NCBI GenBank assembly: GCA_045837725.1
Contig: JBEWZL010000036.1
Span: 1-64,000, forward strand
DNA length: 64,000 nt
Source of the DNA: Vermamoeba vermiformis
Lineage: Eukaryota
Reading direction: 5' to 3'
A program made the translations under genes and the position numbers. This document shows positions 60,901 to 64,000 of this stretch, one piece after another. Every line of letters begins with the position of its first letter. Within the stretch, counting starts at the first letter, position 1. The notes below the pieces were generated by a model. That model did no database searches. It was not told where the DNA came from and was given only the letters and a program-made list of their open reading frames with translations.

Positions 60901-63708
60901 AGCCACTGTTCTCGGAGAGCATTCCGATCCCGGAACTGAGCACCACGGCTAAATTTAGACCGCAGGGCACGACTGTCACTCTCGATCTGACACCGTATCC
61001 CGATTTGGTAATGATTGCTGCTCTGCATTAGCTGTCCCTCACTGACACTAAAAATAGCTGCACTGGCCCGAGTTCCACAACGGAGTGGCCGCTGCACTGC
61101 GCGTGCCCCCCGAGCTGAGCGCGCAGATCACGAGCACGTGGATCATCTATCAGAAGAACACGGCGGAACTGACCAATGGCCACGCAGGGCTGTTGCTGGC
61201 CCTCGGACTGCAGGGTCACTTGCGCGCCCTGTCGCTGACCAAAGTGTACGAGTACTTGAGTGTCAGTCACGAGTTGACAGGCATTGCGCTGCTGCTCGGC
61301 ATGGCAGCCTCCAAGCTGGGCACGCAAGACACAGCGATCAGTCGCTTGTTGTCCGTGCACGTGACTGCACTGCACCCGCCCCTCAGTCAAGAGCTCGATG
61401 TGCCCTTCAGACTGCAGACCGCGGCACTGCTCGCACTCGGCATGCTGTACCGTGGCACCTGTCACCGTCGCATTACCGAAGTGCTGCTGACCGAGATTGG
61501 TCGCAAGCCCGTGGAAGAGAAGCAACAAGCGCGACCATTCGAGCGCGAGAGTCACTCGCTCACTGCTGGTCTGGCCCTCGGACTCGTGGTGCTGGGCCGC
61601 GCGGACTCGGCGACTGGTCTGCACGACTTGGACATTCAGCAGCGCCTGTTACGGTACATCACCGGAGGTCCCTCCGATCAGCGCAGTGACACGCGCACCA
61701 GTCTGCTGTCACAACGCGCGAGTGATCGGGCCCGATCGAGCACAGTGCTGGAGGGCACCTCGATCAATGTCGACATCACTGCCCCTGGCGCCGTGCTCGC
61801 CCTCGCCCTGCTCTATCTCAAGTCACGTGATCGCAGTGTGGCAGCGCGCATTGACATCCCCGACACGTGCTTTGCATTCCAGTACATCCGCCCTGATCTC
61901 GTGCTGCTGCGCGTGCTCGCCAAGAATTTGATTCTCTGGGACGACATCCAGCCCACCGCGGAGTGGATCGAGGGTCACGTGCCATCGGTGATGACAGGTG
62001 TCAAAGCGCAGCTCGGGCGCGAGATTGAGAGCGGAGATGCGCAACAGACACTGCGCCAGGGCTACTTCAATGTGCTCACGGGGGCCTGTCTCGCGCTGGG
62101 CTTCAGATTTGCAGGCACCGCGCACAGTGCCGCCAAGCTAGTGTTGACGCAATATTTGCAGTATTTCATCAAGCTGCAAAGAAGCAAATTTGACCGCGCA
62201 GACAAGAACATGCTGGAGTACTGCATGAACAGCGTGGCCCTGGCACTGAGCATGGTGATGAGTGGCACTGGACACCTCGGCACATTTAAGTACGGCCCCT
62301 CATTGCCTTATTTGGTAATTGCTGACTTCTATTTTTAGAATTCTCCGCACACTGCGCAAGCGAGTCTCAGTGGATGTGACGTACGGCAATCACATGGCAC
62401 TAAATATGGCAATCGGATTTCTATTTTTGGGTGGTGGTCGCTACACGCTGGACACCTCCGCGCAGTCCATCGCTTTCCTTTTGTGTGCTGTTTATCCGCG
62501 CTTCCCGCAGAACTGTCGCGACAATCGCTATCACCTGCAAGCTTTGCGGCACTTGTACGCACTGGCTGCTGTGCCACGGTACGTCAATGCCTAAATTAGG
62601 AATACGCATCTAACGGAGTCTATTTTTAGCTGCATTGAAGTGCGCGATGTTGACACGCAACGACCGGTCTACGTGCCACTGAACATTCACTTCAGACCTG
62701 ACTTTGACACTTCGGAGCATGTCATTCAGTACGTATCTCACTTTGACACGTGTCATCAGTTCACTGAACCTCTCGCTTGACAGATTGACAGCGCCGTGTC
62801 TGTTGCCACCAGTGCAGTGGATTACAAAAATAGAACTCGCCACGCCACGTTACTGGTCACTGACACTGTCACGTGATCGTCACGCTGCAACACACCCTTT
62901 GACACTTGTCTGCAGTGACACCTGTCAGCGCAGTCCCGTGCTGCACGTCAAGCGCAAGTCAGCGTATCTCGATTACGATCTCGATCCCGACGGCGTCAAG
63001 TCCCTCAGTGCACGGCCCTACTCGCAGACACTGCGACTTGACAACTTGACAGCTGTCAGCACCGTGCTCGATGCTAAAAATAGACGCGAGTTGTTGCTGG
63101 CATTCTCCGCTGACCCGCACGTGCTCGCATTCGCCACGCACTTCGCATCGGGCAATGACACGCGTCAAGTAGCATTCTGCACGGCAGTGTTGCTGGAGTG
63201 CCTGTCAGCGGAAAAATTGACGATGATTGACACGTACTTGACACTTGACCGTGTCGTGCAGTGTTTGACACGTGACACCGCGCCGAGTGCGTCCGAGCTG
63301 TGGAATGTCAAACTGATCTGTCAACTGTACACCCGCACTGACTGGCCCTGGTTGACATCTGACACGTCACCGCTGCTGCAACTAGACTACTTGACATCTG
63401 TCAAACTGAAGCTCGAGAGCTACTTCGAAGATTTGACTCGCCGCGCTGGTCTGTCGCGTGATGATTGGCTGGAACTTGCCAAAAAAGGCTATCTTTCTTC
63501 GCGCGAGAAACAGCGCCACGTGATGCAGCTGCAGCACTACTACGAAGTGCCACCACCTGTCATTCTGAAACACGTGCTGGACCTGCCGCGCCCTGATTCA
63601 GCCGCGCATTGGACACTATTTTTAGCACCACTCGCTCAATTCAGTGAACTGCGCCAGCACGACGCGAGCACAGTGCTATTTTTAGCTCGTGTGCTGAGCA
63701 GCTTGTAA
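57985..63708 (+). CDS. APC1: Anaphase-promoting complex subunit 1
   Basis: FSLLHPLEEIKP, LHLVYEDYKLD, RFAKDTRLKEVRRL, WPEFHNGVAAAL, HAGLLLALGLQGHL, INVDITAPGA.LALAL.YLKS, YGNHMA, DNRYHLQALRHLYALA. Confidence 0.95.
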
Positions 63709-64000
63709 ATACACTTCCTTATTTGTAAAATTACCCCCGATCACCACTAGGTGTCAGATGATTGGTCCGTTGACTACTATAGCAGCGACGTTGACAGCAC
63801 TGTCAATCACGTGACTGTCACTCGATCACGTGCGCAACAAGTAGCGAGCATCATTTTAAATTTCACTTGCAGCAGAGCACAGCGCCCATGCCACGATGCT
63901 CAAGCTGAATATCGGAGGCGTGAAGATCAATACCGCGCAACAAGTCGTGCTGCGTACTGGCCAGAATTACTTCACTAAGCTGCTCGCTGGTCAGATCCCT

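Noticed and set aside
28560-63573. Numerous antisense or overlapping ORFs in the track
   Set aside because: Shadows of GC-rich real exons with no motifs of their own.
63751-64000. Possible 3' end of a minus-strand gene
   Set aside because: Too short and unrecognisable to support a call from this window.

Overview
Gene-dense eukaryotic DNA with many short (~40-60 nt) spliceosomal introns. An amoebozoan-like protist is inferred from the SH2-TKL 'SHK' kinase, receptor TKL kinases and mitochondrial genes. The left ~32 kb is accessory-looking (secreted and membrane proteins, LRR-kinase, kelch receptor kinase). The right ~32 kb is mostly housekeeping (ERG24-like, Tim50, bL20m, golgin, Sed5, ATP15, PSMA6, Hsp33, APC1). 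Main finding: a compact, operon-like 7-gene cluster (17953-27177) encoding a complete, divergent SUMO-like conjugation system. It comprises a di-Gly modifier, both E1 subunits, a Ubc9-like E2, a Ulp1/SENP protease, an SP-RING E3 and an SP-RING+RING fusion. Four of the enzymes share a (I/V)(V/I)x(D/E)LDLT SIM-like peptide and a fifth has a looser variant. A 964-bp TIR element sits in the UBA2-like gene and the E2 has a +1 frameshift. Other notable items are an unassigned, highly structured kissing-loop RNA in a long intron (12185-12533) and a very strong accumulation of palindromic TF-like motifs (CACGTG, TGACANNTGTCA, CTA(A/T)4TAG) inside the housekeeping gene bodies. Gene models were spliced by eye, no database searches were run, and all counts are by eye.
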